Part shown: one piece after another, positions 1 through 9,263 of the stretch
Position numbering within the stretch: position 1 is the first letter of the stretch
Layout of the letters: every line of letters starts with the position of its first letter
From: an uncultured Acidobacteriota bacterium
GTDB taxonomy: Bacteria; Acidobacteriota; Vicinamibacteria; Vicinamibacterales; UBA2999
Length of the DNA: 64,000 bases
Assembly (NCBI GenBank): GCA_963772955.1
Contig: CAVYZF010000008.1
Coordinates: 51,615 to 115,614, forward strand
Reading direction: 5' to 3'
Made by a program: the position numbers and the translations under genes
Notes under the pieces: model-generated
Told to the model about the DNA's origin: nothing
Database searches by the model: none
What the model saw: only the letters and a program-made list of their open reading frames with translations

Positions 1-7
1 TCCGTCT

Positions 8-35
8 TTGCCGTACTACGTCTCTGACGTATAAT
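8..35 (+). promoter_or_regulatory. sigma-70-type promoter with overlapping palindromic operator (toxin-antitoxin promoter)
   Basis: TTGCCG (8-13), 16-nt spacer, TATAAT (30-35). The inverted repeat TACGTC-tct-GACGTA (17-31) overlaps it, as expected for antitoxin autorepression. Confidence 0.7.
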
Positions 36-40
36 GGTAA

Positions 41-137
41 GTGTGGACGTTGACGTGTACGACGAAGGCACGCGGCGGACAGCATTCCCGGCGCGGTCCT
101 GAAGAAGATCAAGGAGGAGCTCGATGGCAAAGAGTAA
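41..137 (+). pseudogene. C-terminal remnant of a RelE/HigB-type toxin
   Basis: Fragments read WTLT, VY and ADSIPGAVLKKIKEELDGKE* in different frames, resembling HigB-family C-termini. The stop overlaps the antitoxin start and most of the gene is missing. Confidence 0.6.
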
Positions 138-396
138 GCGGAACATCGGCCAGGAGATCCTGGATGGGATTCGCCAGATCAAGCGTGGGGAGCATGGCCG
201 CATCACGAACGTGCCATCGGTGTCGAGCGTGCGTGAGAAGACTGGCCTTTCGCAGTTGAAGTTTGCCACCTTGCTTGGCGTATCGGTCCGAACGCTGCAG
301 GAGTGGGAGCAAGGCCGACGTGCACCCTCTGGCGCAGCGAGGACCCTCCTGCTGATAGCAGCGAAGAATCCGCGCGCGCTGACTGAGGTCGCTTGA
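124..396 (+). CDS. XRE-family HTH antitoxin (HigA-like)
   Basis: REKTGLSQLKFATLLGVSVRTLQEWEQGRRAPSGAARTLL is a classic HigA/XRE HTH. RBS AGGAGG upstream. Confidence 0.88.
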   Translation: MAKSKRNIGQEILDGIRQIKRGEHGRITNVPSVSSVREKTGLSQLKFATLLGVSVRTLQEWEQGRRAPSGAARTLLLIAAKNPRALTEVA

Positions 397-716
397 GGCA
401 AACTGCGACATGAACTGTGACGTAACCCTTCGAGGACTGCCTGTTTTGACCTGTGCCTCGCCAATATTCCGACTGCGGTGAACCACGCACGCGGAGGTGC
501 ACACCGCGCCCGAACGAAGATGGTTCGTCTGCCGACGACGTTGACCACGATGGCGAGCCGCCGCCCGCGCGTGTGATTCGACGCCGAGGCTCCTGCAGAT
601 GCTCGCAGTGATCGGCGCAACCCTGAGGAGGCCTTATGACGATCACTCTATGCGGGCGTGGCGCAAAGTCGCGTCCGGGCTGGCAGCTATCATGAATGTG
701 TAAAGACGTGAAGGAC

Positions 717-2126
717 GTGAAGACCATCCTCGCCGGCTGCCTCGTCGCGATGACGTGCGCATGCGCGTCGCGTACACCGCCCGCGGGAGCGCCAGCACCG
801 CAGCCCGTGTCGCGACCGCCCGCCGGTCCGAGCCCGCCGGCTCCCATCATCGAGCTCGGTCCTCCGACGCCGATTCCCACGCCGCGCCCGGAGCCTGTGC
901 CTTCAGAGTGCGCGGTCATCCAGGAGCCTGGCCTGCCAATTGCCACAGTGGCACTTGGCGAAACCGTGAACCCCGCGAATGCGCCACGTCCTTCGAACGA
1001 CAGCGAACGGCTCGTCTTCCGTCAGCTGTACGACACGTTGGTTCGAGTCGATTGCATGGGGCGGGTCGTGCCAGGGCTGGCTTCATCGTGGCGGCGCAGC
1101 ATCGACGGGCGGACATGGATTGTCACCCTTCTGTCCGAGGCGCGTTTTTCGGATGGATCTCCGGTGACAGCCGGAGCGGTGCTGGCGCTGTGGAGCCGTG
1201 ACGGCGTTGGCGGTGACTTACAACCGCACGTCAATCGCCTCGTGCAATCGGTCATCTCCGTAGACGACCGGACGGTGGCAGTTCTGTTGCGCAGCCCTCG
1301 AGTGGATGCGCCGTACGCCCTTGCACACAGCGACTTGGCAATCGCAAAACCCGTTGCGGGTGCGGCATGGCCGCTGGGAACACGGTCGGCGCACGTGACC
1401 TCCGATCGCGCATCGATGACGGTGACGACTGCCACCGGTGCATCGATTCAGTTTCTCGCTCCTCGCGGCGATCCTCGCGATCTGCTGGACGAGTCCGTTG
1501 ATCTCTTGATCACACGCGACCGCGCGGCGCTCGATTACGCAGCCACGCTCCCGCAGTTCCAGTCGATGCCCCTGGCGTGGCAGCGGACCCAGGTGCTGCT
1601 GTCGCCTGGTCGCGCGCGCACATCGCCATCGTTGTCGGACGAGGCGCGACAGACACTCGCCAACGATGCCGTCAGAGGAGAAGCGCGGGGTGCAGTCGGG
1701 CCGTTCTGGTGGCAGGGGCTATCTGACTGCGAGATCCCGCCTCCTCGAGTCCAGGGACCGGGGTCGCGTCCCTCGGGCCGGGTCGTCTACGACGCCAACG
1801 ACAGTGCGGCTCGCGACCTTGCCGAGCGTCTCGTTGGTCTGGACAGGCGCACTTACCAGCGCGCCACGGGCCTCACTGGCGAGGCTCTTGCCCTGGCGCG
1901 GCGGCGAGGAAGCGACGCTGCGTATCTGACGTCCTTCGACAGCCGTCCATTCGATCCGTGCCGGGAGCTGCAGGTGCTCATGGAGGGCGCGCCTTGGCTC
2001 GACCCGGAGACCATCGTCCCGCTGGTTGACACACGTCAGCGCGCGATCGTGCGGCGTGGATATTCGGGTGTCGCCAGCGAATGGGACGGAGGACTGCTGA
2101 TTGCAGGCGCCGATGATCAGAGATAA
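717..2126 (+). CDS. Lipoprotein with a family-5 ABC substrate-binding-like N-terminal domain
   Basis: Lipobox-like signal (LVAMTCAC), Pro-rich linker, and YDTLVR...PGLASSW...RFSDGSPVTA motif. The C-terminal half is divergent. The start could be 696. Confidence 0.7.
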   Translation: MKTILAGCLVAMTCACASRTPPAGAPAPQPVSRPPAGPSPPAPIIELGPPTPIPTPRPEPVPSECAVIQEPGLPIATVALGETVNPANAPRPSNDSERLVFRQLYDTLVRVDCMGRVVPGLASSWRRSIDGRTWIVTLLSEARFSDGSPVTAGAVLALWSRDGVGGDLQPHVNRLVQSVISVDDRTVAVLLRSPRVDAPYALAHSDLAIAKPVAGAAWPLGTRSAHVTSDRASMTVTTATGASIQFLAPRGDPRDLLDESVDLLITRDRAALDYAATLPQFQSMPLAWQRTQVLLSPGRARTSPSLSDEARQTLANDAVRGEARGAVGPFWWQGLSDCEIPPPRVQGPGSRPSGRVVYDANDSAARDLAERLVGLDRRTYQRATGLTGEALALARRRGSDAAYLTSFDSRPFDPCRELQVLMEGAPWLDPETIVPLVDTRQRAIVRRGYSGVASEWDGGLLIAGADDQR

Positions 2127-2129
2127 GGG

Positions 2130-3878
2130 ATGAGTCTGCGCATCCGCCTCTTGTTCGCCTTTGCGGTCGTGGCGCTGGTCCCGATTGCGCTCCTGGCGTT
2201 CGGGCTCCGGCAGGAGATGACCCGTCGTCTCTCGGACGAGTACCAACTGCGAGTGAACTCGGTTGTTGACGTCATTCGCGAGGACCTCAGCCGCGAGAGT
2301 GCGGCGATCAGCGATCGGCTCGCATCGCTCGAGAGCGCGTTGGTGAACGACAACCGGTTCCGCCTCGCGGCAGTGGCAGACGTCGAGTCTGAACGAGAGT
2401 ACCTGCTCGACTACGCGGGCACGGCGATGCGGCTGACGGGCCTGTCGATGCTGCAGATCCAGGATGGTGACGGACGGATCATCAGTTCAGGCCACTTCAG
2501 GAATGAGCACGGGCGCGCAGAGCCTGAACTGGCGATGGCGCTGGCGAATACGCGCGGTGATGTGGCGTTCGTGACGGCGCGTGCCGCAGAGCGCGAGTTC
2601 TTAGCGCTGGTGCGAGCCAGATCGTTTGCGATTGGCGGACGGATGTTCACGCTCGTCGGTGGAATCACCGTCGATGAAGGCTTGCTCGCGCGGCTGGCTC
2701 GCGACCGGGCGATCGTCGTGTCGGTGATCTATCCGGGCGGGGAGTTGACGACGGCCCGTGCGCTCTCGACGCGGCTCGGGCCAGGAAAGCCGGACGCGCC
2801 GAGCGAGACGATGCGCCCTGCAGTTGGGGAGCTTCAGGTCCCGTTGATCAAGGCTGACGCTGGAGCGCCGCTCGAAGTCGTGCAGGCGCGTCTGCAAGTG
2901 ACGCAGCCGCTGACGCCGCTGCGAGCGCTCGTCCGCAGCGCAGACTCCTGGTTCCTGTTCACTGCCGCCGGGGCTGGAGTCGTCGCGTTGATGCTCGCCG
3001 TGTGGGTGTCGTCGCGAATCAGTCGTCCGCTGGCGACTCTCGCGGAGAAGACCGCCGTGCTCGATCTCGATCGCCTCGACGTCGAGTTCGACGCCGGTAG
3101 CGACGAAGTGGGAAGGTTGTCGCGGCTCCTTGGCGATTTGGCCTCGCGGCTGCGCAGCAGCACCGCGCGAGTGCGCGAGGCAGAACGGCGCGCCACCGTT
3201 GGCGACCTGGCTCGCCAGATCAATCACGACATCAAGAACGGGCTCATCCCGCTTCGCAACGTGATGCGGCACCTTGCGCAGGTCGAGCGCGACGAGCCGG
3301 CCGCGCTGCCGACCGTGTTTGCCGAGCGCAGGCCGACAGTCGATTCGAGCATCGCGTATCTCGAGACGCTGGCCACGAGCTACCAGCGCCTCTCGCGGCC
3401 GATGGACCGGCGCGACTGCGACCTGAACACGCTGGTCACCGACGTTGTGCGCGCAATGCAGGCACACGAGCACGTCGAGTTCGTGACTCAGTCGGCCGCG
3501 AGCCTGCCGCGCGTCGTCGGCGATCCGATCGCCTTCAGGCGTATCCTCGAGAACCTCATGTCGAACGCCGTTGATAGCCTGGAGTCCCAACCGGGTCGCG
3601 TGACTGTCTCGACGCAAGTGGTCGAGCGCGCGAGCGTGAACGAGACGCCGGCGATTCGTCTCGCAGTCGCAGACACCGGTCGCGGCATGTCCGCGGAAGA
3701 AACCGGCAAGATCTTCAACGACTTCTACACGACGAAAGAGGGCGGCACCGGTCTCGGCCTCTCCATCGTCCGCAGGCTTGTGATGGATCTCCAGGGAACG
3801 CTTGGCGTCGAGAGCACGCCTGGCATGGGGACCCGTATCACCATCGACATCCCAACCGGTCCGATGACGCGCACATGA
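2130..3878 (+). CDS. Membrane HAMP sensor histidine kinase (NtrY-like)
   Basis: Two TM segments, HAMP domain, H-box (INHDIKNGL), N-box (NLMSNA), DTGRG and GTGLGL motifs. Confidence 0.92.
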   Translation: MSLRIRLLFAFAVVALVPIALLAFGLRQEMTRRLSDEYQLRVNSVVDVIREDLSRESAAISDRLASLESALVNDNRFRLAAVADVESEREYLLDYAGTAMRLTGLSMLQIQDGDGRIISSGHFRNEHGRAEPELAMALANTRGDVAFVTARAAEREFLALVRARSFAIGGRMFTLVGGITVDEGLLARLARDRAIVVSVIYPGGELTTARALSTRLGPGKPDAPSETMRPAVGELQVPLIKADAGAPLEVVQARLQVTQPLTPLRALVRSADSWFLFTAAGAGVVALMLAVWVSSRISRPLATLAEKTAVLDLDRLDVEFDAGSDEVGRLSRLLGDLASRLRSSTARVREAERRATVGDLARQINHDIKNGLIPLRNVMRHLAQVERDEPAALPTVFAERRPTVDSSIAYLETLATSYQRLSRPMDRRDCDLNTLVTDVVRAMQAHEHVEFVTQSAASLPRVVGDPIAFRRILENLMSNAVDSLESQPGRVTVSTQVVERASVNETPAIRLAVADTGRGMSAEETGKIFNDFYTTKEGGTGLGLSIVRRLVMDLQGTLGVESTPGMGTRITIDIPTGPMTRT

Positions 3879-5257
3879 TGACGCAGATCCTGGTGGTCGA
3901 TGACGTCCCGGCGATGGCCGAGCAGTACGCCTATGACCTGAAACGCGTCGGTGGCTACAGCACGATCGTGGCGTCTGGCGGTGACGAAGCGCTCGATGTC
4001 CTTGGCCGCGAGCCGGTCGATTGCGTCGTCCTCGACCTCGAGATGCCGGGCATCGACGGCTTCGAGGTGCTTCGCCGTCTGCAGCTACGCGGCATCGATA
4101 CCCCGGTCATTGTCTACACCGGTGCCGGCAACTACGAGCGCTGCGTCCAGGCCATTCGCCTTGGTGCGTACGGCTTCGTCGACAAAGCCGAGCCGATCGA
4201 ACGCGTCGTCCAGGAGATTGAGAACGCCGTTTCCCGTGGCCGCCTCGTGAAGGAGCTGCACACGCTCCGCTCCCGATTCGATGGCGAGACGACACTGATC
4301 GGCGACAGCGCACCGATGCGCGCGTTGCGTCAGGCAATTACGCGCGTTGCGCCGATTCCGAGCAGCGTCCTGATCATGGGCGAAAGCGGAACGGGCAAGG
4401 AGCTTGTCGCGCGCGAGCTACATCGCCTGGGCCCCGGCGAGAAGACGCCGCTCGTCGCCGTCAACAGCGCCGCGCTTCCCGAGCAACTCGTCGAAAGCGA
4501 ACTCTTCGGTCACGAGCGTGGCGCGTTCACCGGCGCCGATCGTCTGCGCAGGGGGGCGTTCGAGAACGCGGGCAACGGAACGCTCTTCCTCGACGAAGTC
4601 GGCGAGCTGCCGCTACCTGCGCAGGCCAAGCTGCTTCGCGTGCTCGAGGACCGGAAGGTGATGCGAGTCGGCGGCGACCGCGCGCTCACGATCGCCGCAC
4701 GCGTCGTCGCAGCGACGAACCGGGATCTCGAGAAGGAGGTTGAGGCCGGCCGCTTCCGCCAGGATCTCTACTATCGCCTCAACGTCCACACGCTGCGCGT
4801 GCCGCCGTTGCGCGAACGTCTCTCCGACGTGCCGGTGCTCGTCGAGCATCTTCTTCGGGCGATCGCCTCGCATCTGCGCGTGCGGCCCAAGACGATCGCG
4901 CCAGAAGCGGTCGCGTTGCTCTCGACGTACGACTGGCGGAAGAACAACGTTCGGGAGCTGCGAAACTGCCTCGAGAGGATGATGATCGCGACCGATGCCG
5001 CCACCGTCACGGCCGCTGACGCACCGCCTGAAATCCTGGGCGATGACCGCGATGATGGTGCCGATCCAGCGGCGCCGGCCGGCACACTGAGGGCGCTGCG
5101 CGCGCAGGCTGAACGGCAGATCGTGCTCAGCGCGCTCGATAAGCACGACTGGCACGTGACCCGGACGGCAGAAGCGCTTGGCCTCGCGGATCATTCGAGC
5201 CTCCTGAAGATCATGCGGCGTCACGGGTTGAGTAAGAGCACCCACCGAGACTCGTAG
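3875..5257 (+). CDS. Sigma-54-dependent response regulator (NtrC/NtrX family)
   Basis: Receiver domain (VVDD, LDLEMP), Walker [30 protein letters not shown]-terminal Fis-type HTH. Confidence 0.95.
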   Translation: MMTQILVVDDVPAMAEQYAYDLKRVGGYSTIVASGGDEALDVLGREPVDCVVLDLEMPGIDGFEVLRRLQLRGIDTPVIVYTGAGNYERCVQAIRLGAYGFVDKAEPIERVVQEIENAVSRGRLVKELHTLRSRFDGETTLIGDSAPMRALRQAITRVAPIPSSVLIMGESGTGKELVARELHRLGPGEKTPLVAVNSAALPEQLVESELFGHERGAFTGADRLRRGAFENAGNGTLFLDEVGELPLPAQAKLLRVLEDRKVMRVGGDRALTIAARVVAATNRDLEKEVEAGRFRQDLYYRLNVHTLRVPPLRERLSDVPVLVEHLLRAIASHLRVRPKTIAPEAVALLSTYDWRKNNVRELRNCLERMMIATDAATVTAADAPPEILGDDRDDGADPAAPAGTLRALRAQAERQIVLSALDKHDWHVTRTAEALGLADHSSLLKIMRRHGLSKSTHRDS

Positions 5258-5265
5258 CGACGTCC

Positions 5266-5320
5266 CGCGTGTCCGGCAGGACACGCGACGCTCCCTTGCT
5301 TTCGTGTCCGTCGGGACACG
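5266..5320. promoter_or_regulatory. Two tandem palindromes CGTGTCC-N4-GGACACG (putative enhancer sites)
   Basis: CGCGTGTCCggcaGGACACGCG (5266-5287) and CGTGTCCgtcgGGACACG (5303-5320), 35 bp apart, upstream of a -24/-12 motif. Confidence 0.65.
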
Positions 5321-5369
5321 GGGGCCGTGCAATCCCGCATTCTTCCGAGCATTTCGTCCTATTCCACGC

Positions 5370-5385
5370 CTGGCCGCGCGCTTGC
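5370..5385 (+). promoter_or_regulatory. Sigma-54 (-24/-12) promoter
   Basis: CTGGCCGCGCGCTTGC: GG-N10-GC with a TTGC -12 element, about 55 nt before the ATG at 5440. Confidence 0.7.
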
Positions 5386-5439
5386 CCTTTACGCGTGCGA
5401 ACGTCGGCCGCTTGCGGCGACGAACAAGGAGAAGGACCT

Positions 5440-6355
5440 ATGAGACCCAGACGACAGCTGACGGCGGTGCTCCTGATGGCGGCATGTGCGGCCGTCGGCT
5501 GCACCAAGCGCGAGACGCCATCGACGAAGGCAACGGAGTCGCGAGACTCGGCGCAGGCGAAGCCTGTCGCGGCAGTGAGCGAGCTCCCGCCGCTTGCGGG
5601 CACCGACGAAGAAGGGCTTCGTGAAGGACACGACGCCGAAGGTCAAGGGCCCGGCATCGTTCGCTGATGGCGAAGCGGCCTACAAGGCCAGGAACTACAC
5701 CGAGGCCACGACGATCTTCGAGGACTACACGACGCAGAAGCCCGACAACGCATGGGGGCACTTCATGCTCGGGTTGTCGACGTGGAAGGCCGGCGATCTC
5801 GACAAGTCGCAGAAGGCTTTCGAAACGGCGCTGACGATCGACCCGGATCATCTCAAGAGCCTGGTGAACCTGAGTCGCGTCCTCCTCGAGAAGAAGCAGT
5901 ATGACGGCGCGATCAACACGTTGATGAAGGCGGGCGACATCGAGCCCAATTCGACGGACGTGTATCGACTGCTCGGGCGCGCGTATCACGCGCAGGGCAA
6001 GACCGACGATGCGGTCGATGCGTATACCCGCGCAATCGAGCTGGACGACAAGGACGCGTGGTCGATGAACAACCTCGGTCTGGTGTTGCTCGAGAAGAAG
6101 CGTGCCGAGGAGGCGCTGCCGCTCTTCACCAAGGCTGTGGAGCTGAAGAAGGACGTCGCCGTGTTCCACAACAACCTGGGGATGGCGCTCGAGCACACGG
6201 GACGCTTCGGTGCGGCTGCCACCGCATACGGCAAGGCGGTGACCGCCGACCCGGCCTACGACAAGGCGAAGCAGAACCTTGCACGCGTCGAGGCAGTCAA
6301 GAAGGGCCCTGAAACGCCCGTCACCGAGGAGGACACCAAGACCGCCAGCAAGTAG
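5440..6355 (+). CDS. TPR-repeat lipoprotein (apparent one-base insertion near 5598-5600)
   Basis: RBS and lipoprotein signal MRPRRQLTAVLLMAACAAVGC from 5440. Removing one G from GGG 5598-5600 joins it to the multi-TPR ORF 5594-6355. Confidence 0.75.
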
Positions 6356-6365
6356 GCGACGAGTA

Positions 6366-6434
6366 GCAGTCCCTGGGTCCTGGTCTCGTTCCGCTCAACA
6401 AGGGGGTGCGGAACGGGCCGGGGCTCGGGGCTGC
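6366..6434 (+). terminator. Long GC-rich hairpin after the TPR gene (terminator or RNA-stability element)
   Basis: Stem of roughly 28 pairs with many G-U wobbles and one bulge. No U-tract. Confidence 0.45.
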
Positions 6435-6507
6435 GAGGAAGTGCGCGTCCCGTCACACGCCCTGGAACTGCTCGAAGCCACCCCTCAAGTCGATACGTCT
6501 TGTAGTC

Positions 6508-7962
6508 ATGCCGCGCTCTCACGCCAGGCTGCTCGTCGTCCTTGCCGCTCTCGCGGTGCCATCGGCCGCGGCAGCGCAGGACATCCCAATCCAGTTGCGC
6601 TTCGATGGACAGCCACTCGTCGTGACGGCCATGCCTGAATTCGCGTGCCTCGATCGCACGCGCGACATGTGGATCGGATGCCGCATCCAGCGGTCGGCAG
6701 ACGGCGACCGCTACGTGCTCTCCAGGCCTGAGGCCGGCGAGTACACGCTGCACGTCAAGATCGACGAGAACACGAAAAACCCCGCGAGATTTCCCGGCGA
6801 CTACGATGTGTTCTTTCCATTCGAGGTCACGGCGAGCACCCCAATCGAGCTGCGGATCGACATGCCGAAGTTGATCCGCGTCACCGCTCCCTGGGACAAC
6901 GATCGCGACCTGGAAGGCATGCTCGCGCGCCCATGGTCGGAGAAGCCCGGGCTCAGGATCGCGCGCGAATCGGGAATGGCGACGGCGACGTTCGAGTGGG
7001 AAGCCGTCGCGCCCGACGCTGAATACACCTTCAGCGTCACAACCGCGCGCAACGACCCTTACCTCGAAGGCCCTGAAGTCGTTCGAGGGACGACGCACGA
7101 TACGAAGGTGACCCTGCGTCTGCCGCCATCGCCAGCGGAACACTATTTCCGCTTCGGGATCTCCGCGAAGAAGGATGGGCGCCTGGTTGGCGATTTCATG
7201 ACACACGATTCAGGCGTGCAGTCGTGGGCGTACACGTTCACGGTGCGTGACTCGGCGGGAGCGTCTGCGACGGCAGCGGCGAAGCCCACGACGCGCGCGT
7301 CGCGCCCGCGGTCTACAGTCCGTTCGAAGGTCGATGACGCGTTCGCGATCGAGTGGAAGGAGCGCGTACCTCGGCCCACATGGTGGGACGAAGTCCCGGA
7401 GTCGTCGTTGAAGATTGGCTCAATCGGGGATCTGCTGGCGGTCTGGCAGAGCGGCACGAGCGACGAGGTCGCCCGGCGTCGCTTCTACAAGCTGACGTAC
7501 GAGGGCATCGTCGCGCATCCGGGCGACCGGGATCTTGCGGCCGAGGGGTTGGGGTTGATGGCGTTCGTCGCTGACAACGACGATCAACTGCCACTTCTCG
7601 AGTTCGGAGTCGAGAAGTTCTTCTCGTACAACCGGCGCCTCGACAACTGTGCGAACTGCAAGATCGGCGATACCTCTGGCGAGATGGTGCGCGACCTGGC
7701 ATCGGCCTACATCTCGAGCGGACGCTCTTACGACGCGATCCAGCTGATTCAGCGATTCGTCACCGAGCGCGAAGCCGACGTCAGCGACTACAACCTCGCG
7801 CTCACGTTCGAGACGATGTCACGCGCGTATTGGGAACTAAGCGACGTAGCCGGGGCGAAGGCGGCCATCCAGGAGGGGCTGCGACGCTTTCCTATGGGCT
7901 GGCAGGCCGACCAATTGCGGCGCACTCTCGAGCGTTACGAGCAGCCCGGCGTCGACCGTTAG
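6508..7962 (+). CDS. Secreted hypothetical protein, beta-rich N-half and TPR-like C-terminus
   Basis: Signal peptide MPRSHARLLVVLAALAVPSAAAAQ, host-like codon usage, CxxC (CANC) motif, helical C-terminal repeats. Confidence 0.7.
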   Translation: MPRSHARLLVVLAALAVPSAAAAQDIPIQLRFDGQPLVVTAMPEFACLDRTRDMWIGCRIQRSADGDRYVLSRPEAGEYTLHVKIDENTKNPARFPGDYDVFFPFEVTASTPIELRIDMPKLIRVTAPWDNDRDLEGMLARPWSEKPGLRIARESGMATATFEWEAVAPDAEYTFSVTTARNDPYLEGPEVVRGTTHDTKVTLRLPPSPAEHYFRFGISAKKDGRLVGDFMTHDSGVQSWAYTFTVRDSAGASATAAAKPTTRASRPRSTVRSKVDDAFAIEWKERVPRPTWWDEVPESSLKIGSIGDLLAVWQSGTSDEVARRRFYKLTYEGIVAHPGDRDLAAEGLGLMAFVADNDDQLPLLEFGVEKFFSYNRRLDNCANCKIGDTSGEMVRDLASAYISSGRSYDAIQLIQRFVTEREADVSDYNLALTFETMSRAYWELSDVAGAKAAIQEGLRRFPMGWQADQLRRTLERYEQPGVDR

Positions 7963-8016
7963 GCGTCCGACCCACTCGGCAGCCTAGTCCGGCCGACGCC
8001 GGAGTGCGCGAAGCGT

Positions 8017-8976
8017 CTATCGTGTAGCGACGGCCTCGGTCGATGGCGCGGTCGGGAACGTCCCGGTGATCGGCACGCCCATCGGTCCGACCGGGATGTA
8101 GACGACGGTGTGGTTGGGCGAGTTGACCATCGCCTTCTGCGCTTCGATCGCCTCGTGCTGAATGTACATGCCGCTCAACTGACCGCGGATGATCTGCATC
8201 GCGTTCGCGATGCCCTGCGCCTGCACCTCGCGCTTGGTGCGCTCTTTCCGCTCGATCTCGATCTCCGTGTCCTTCCGCTGCAGTTCCTGCGTCGCCGCCA
8301 GCTTGCGTGAGACCGCATCGGCGACTTCCGCCGGATACTGAACGTTGCCGACGACGACGCTCGTGATGGTGAATGGACTGTCGGTCGCATAGGTGCGGAT
8401 TCGCGCGAGCACTGAGTCACCAATGGCGATCAGCGCGTCCTTCACCTCGAGTCCGTTGCGCTGTTGGACCTCGTCGCGCGCGAAGGTCCGCAGCGGCTCA
8501 CGAATGAAGTTGCCGTAGGCCACCTTGACGATGGAGTCGGGTTCCTTCTCGTGGCCGCGGTCCGACAGGGTCGTGCTGTAGCGCTCCATGAACAACGGCA
8601 CGCGCGCTTCATCGACACGCCAGACTGTGTGCACCCTGAAGGCGATCTTCAGGTTGTCTTTGCTGAGGACGGCGTCTTCGCCCGTGAAGTCCTCGGTGTA
8701 GGTGTAGGGCGTGATGCTGACGTTGGTGACGTCGAGCAGCCATCTGCGGCCGGTCGACGTCGGGCCGCGTTGTGTGCCGTAGAAGGTCGACTTGCCGAAC
8801 ACTGCACCGCGTGTGAGGTATCCGACGTAGCCCGCGGGTGTGTAGGGATTGCGCGCACCAAGCAGCCAGACCATTCCGACGCAGAGTGCGACGAGCACCA
8901 CGCCGACGATGGCGAGCGAACTGCGCAGGCGTGAAAACAGACCGGTGCCGTATTCCAGTGGGGACGGGAACGACAT
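8017..8976 (-). CDS. SPFH/band-7 (prohibitin/flotillin-like) membrane protein
   Basis: N-terminal TM, LSKDNLKI motif, 'YPAEVADAVSRK' followed by a coiled coil. RBS GGAGG. Confidence 0.85.
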   Translation of the reverse strand: MSFPSPLEYGTGLFSRLRSSLAIVGVVLVALCVGMVWLLGARNPYTPAGYVGYLTRGAVFGKSTFYGTQRGPTSTGRRWLLDVTNVSITPYTYTEDFTGEDAVLSKDNLKIAFRVHTVWRVDEARVPLFMERYSTTLSDRGHEKEPDSIVKVAYGNFIREPLRTFARDEVQQRNGLEVKDALIAIGDSVLARIRTYATDSPFTITSVVVGNVQYPAEVADAVSRKLAATQELQRKDTEIEIERKERTKREVQAQGIANAMQIIRGQLSGMYIQHEAIEAQKAMVNSPNHTVVYIPVGPMGVPITGTFPTAPSTEAVATR

Positions 8977-8990
8977 GACGAGCCTCCAAT

Positions 8991-9118
8991 CACGCCGACG
9001 GGGTTAGCTGACGGGCTCGAAGTTGGAAGTCTTCTACGGCCTGGAGTCGCGCACGGCGCGCCGCCTGGCCGATTCGCCCCGTAACCTGGGTCCCCCGCGA
9101 CCGCCACTTGCTGGCGTC
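8991..9118 (-). ncRNA. Cyclic di-AMP riboswitch (ydaO/yuaA class)
   Basis: Minus strand reads GACGCCAG...GGGGGACCCA...GGGGCGAATC...GAGCCCGTCAGCTAACCCCGTCGGCGT, the hallmark ydaO segments. ACGCC/GGCGT close P1. It lies directly 5' of the SPFH RBS. Confidence 0.85.
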
Positions 9119-9132
9119 TTAGGCGTACATTC

Positions 9133-9161
9133 ACGCTACTCCTGTGCGCAAACGGCGTCAA
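9133..9161 (-). promoter_or_regulatory. sigma-70-type promoter for the riboswitch/SPFH transcript
   Basis: TTGACG-N17-TAGCGT on the minus strand, just upstream of the riboswitch. Confidence 0.6.
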
Positions 9162-9263
9162 ATCGCCCCATTGTTCAATCGCTGACGGCGAAGATCCCGG
9201 AAGGTGCAAGGCCAGGGGAAACCAGCTCGAGGGCTCGCTTAGAATGCCTTCGGGAGAAATTGC

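Noticed and set aside
680-696. Possible sigma-54 promoter CTGGCAGCTATCATGAA before the SBP-like gene
   Set aside because: The -12 element is GA rather than GC, which is too weak to call.
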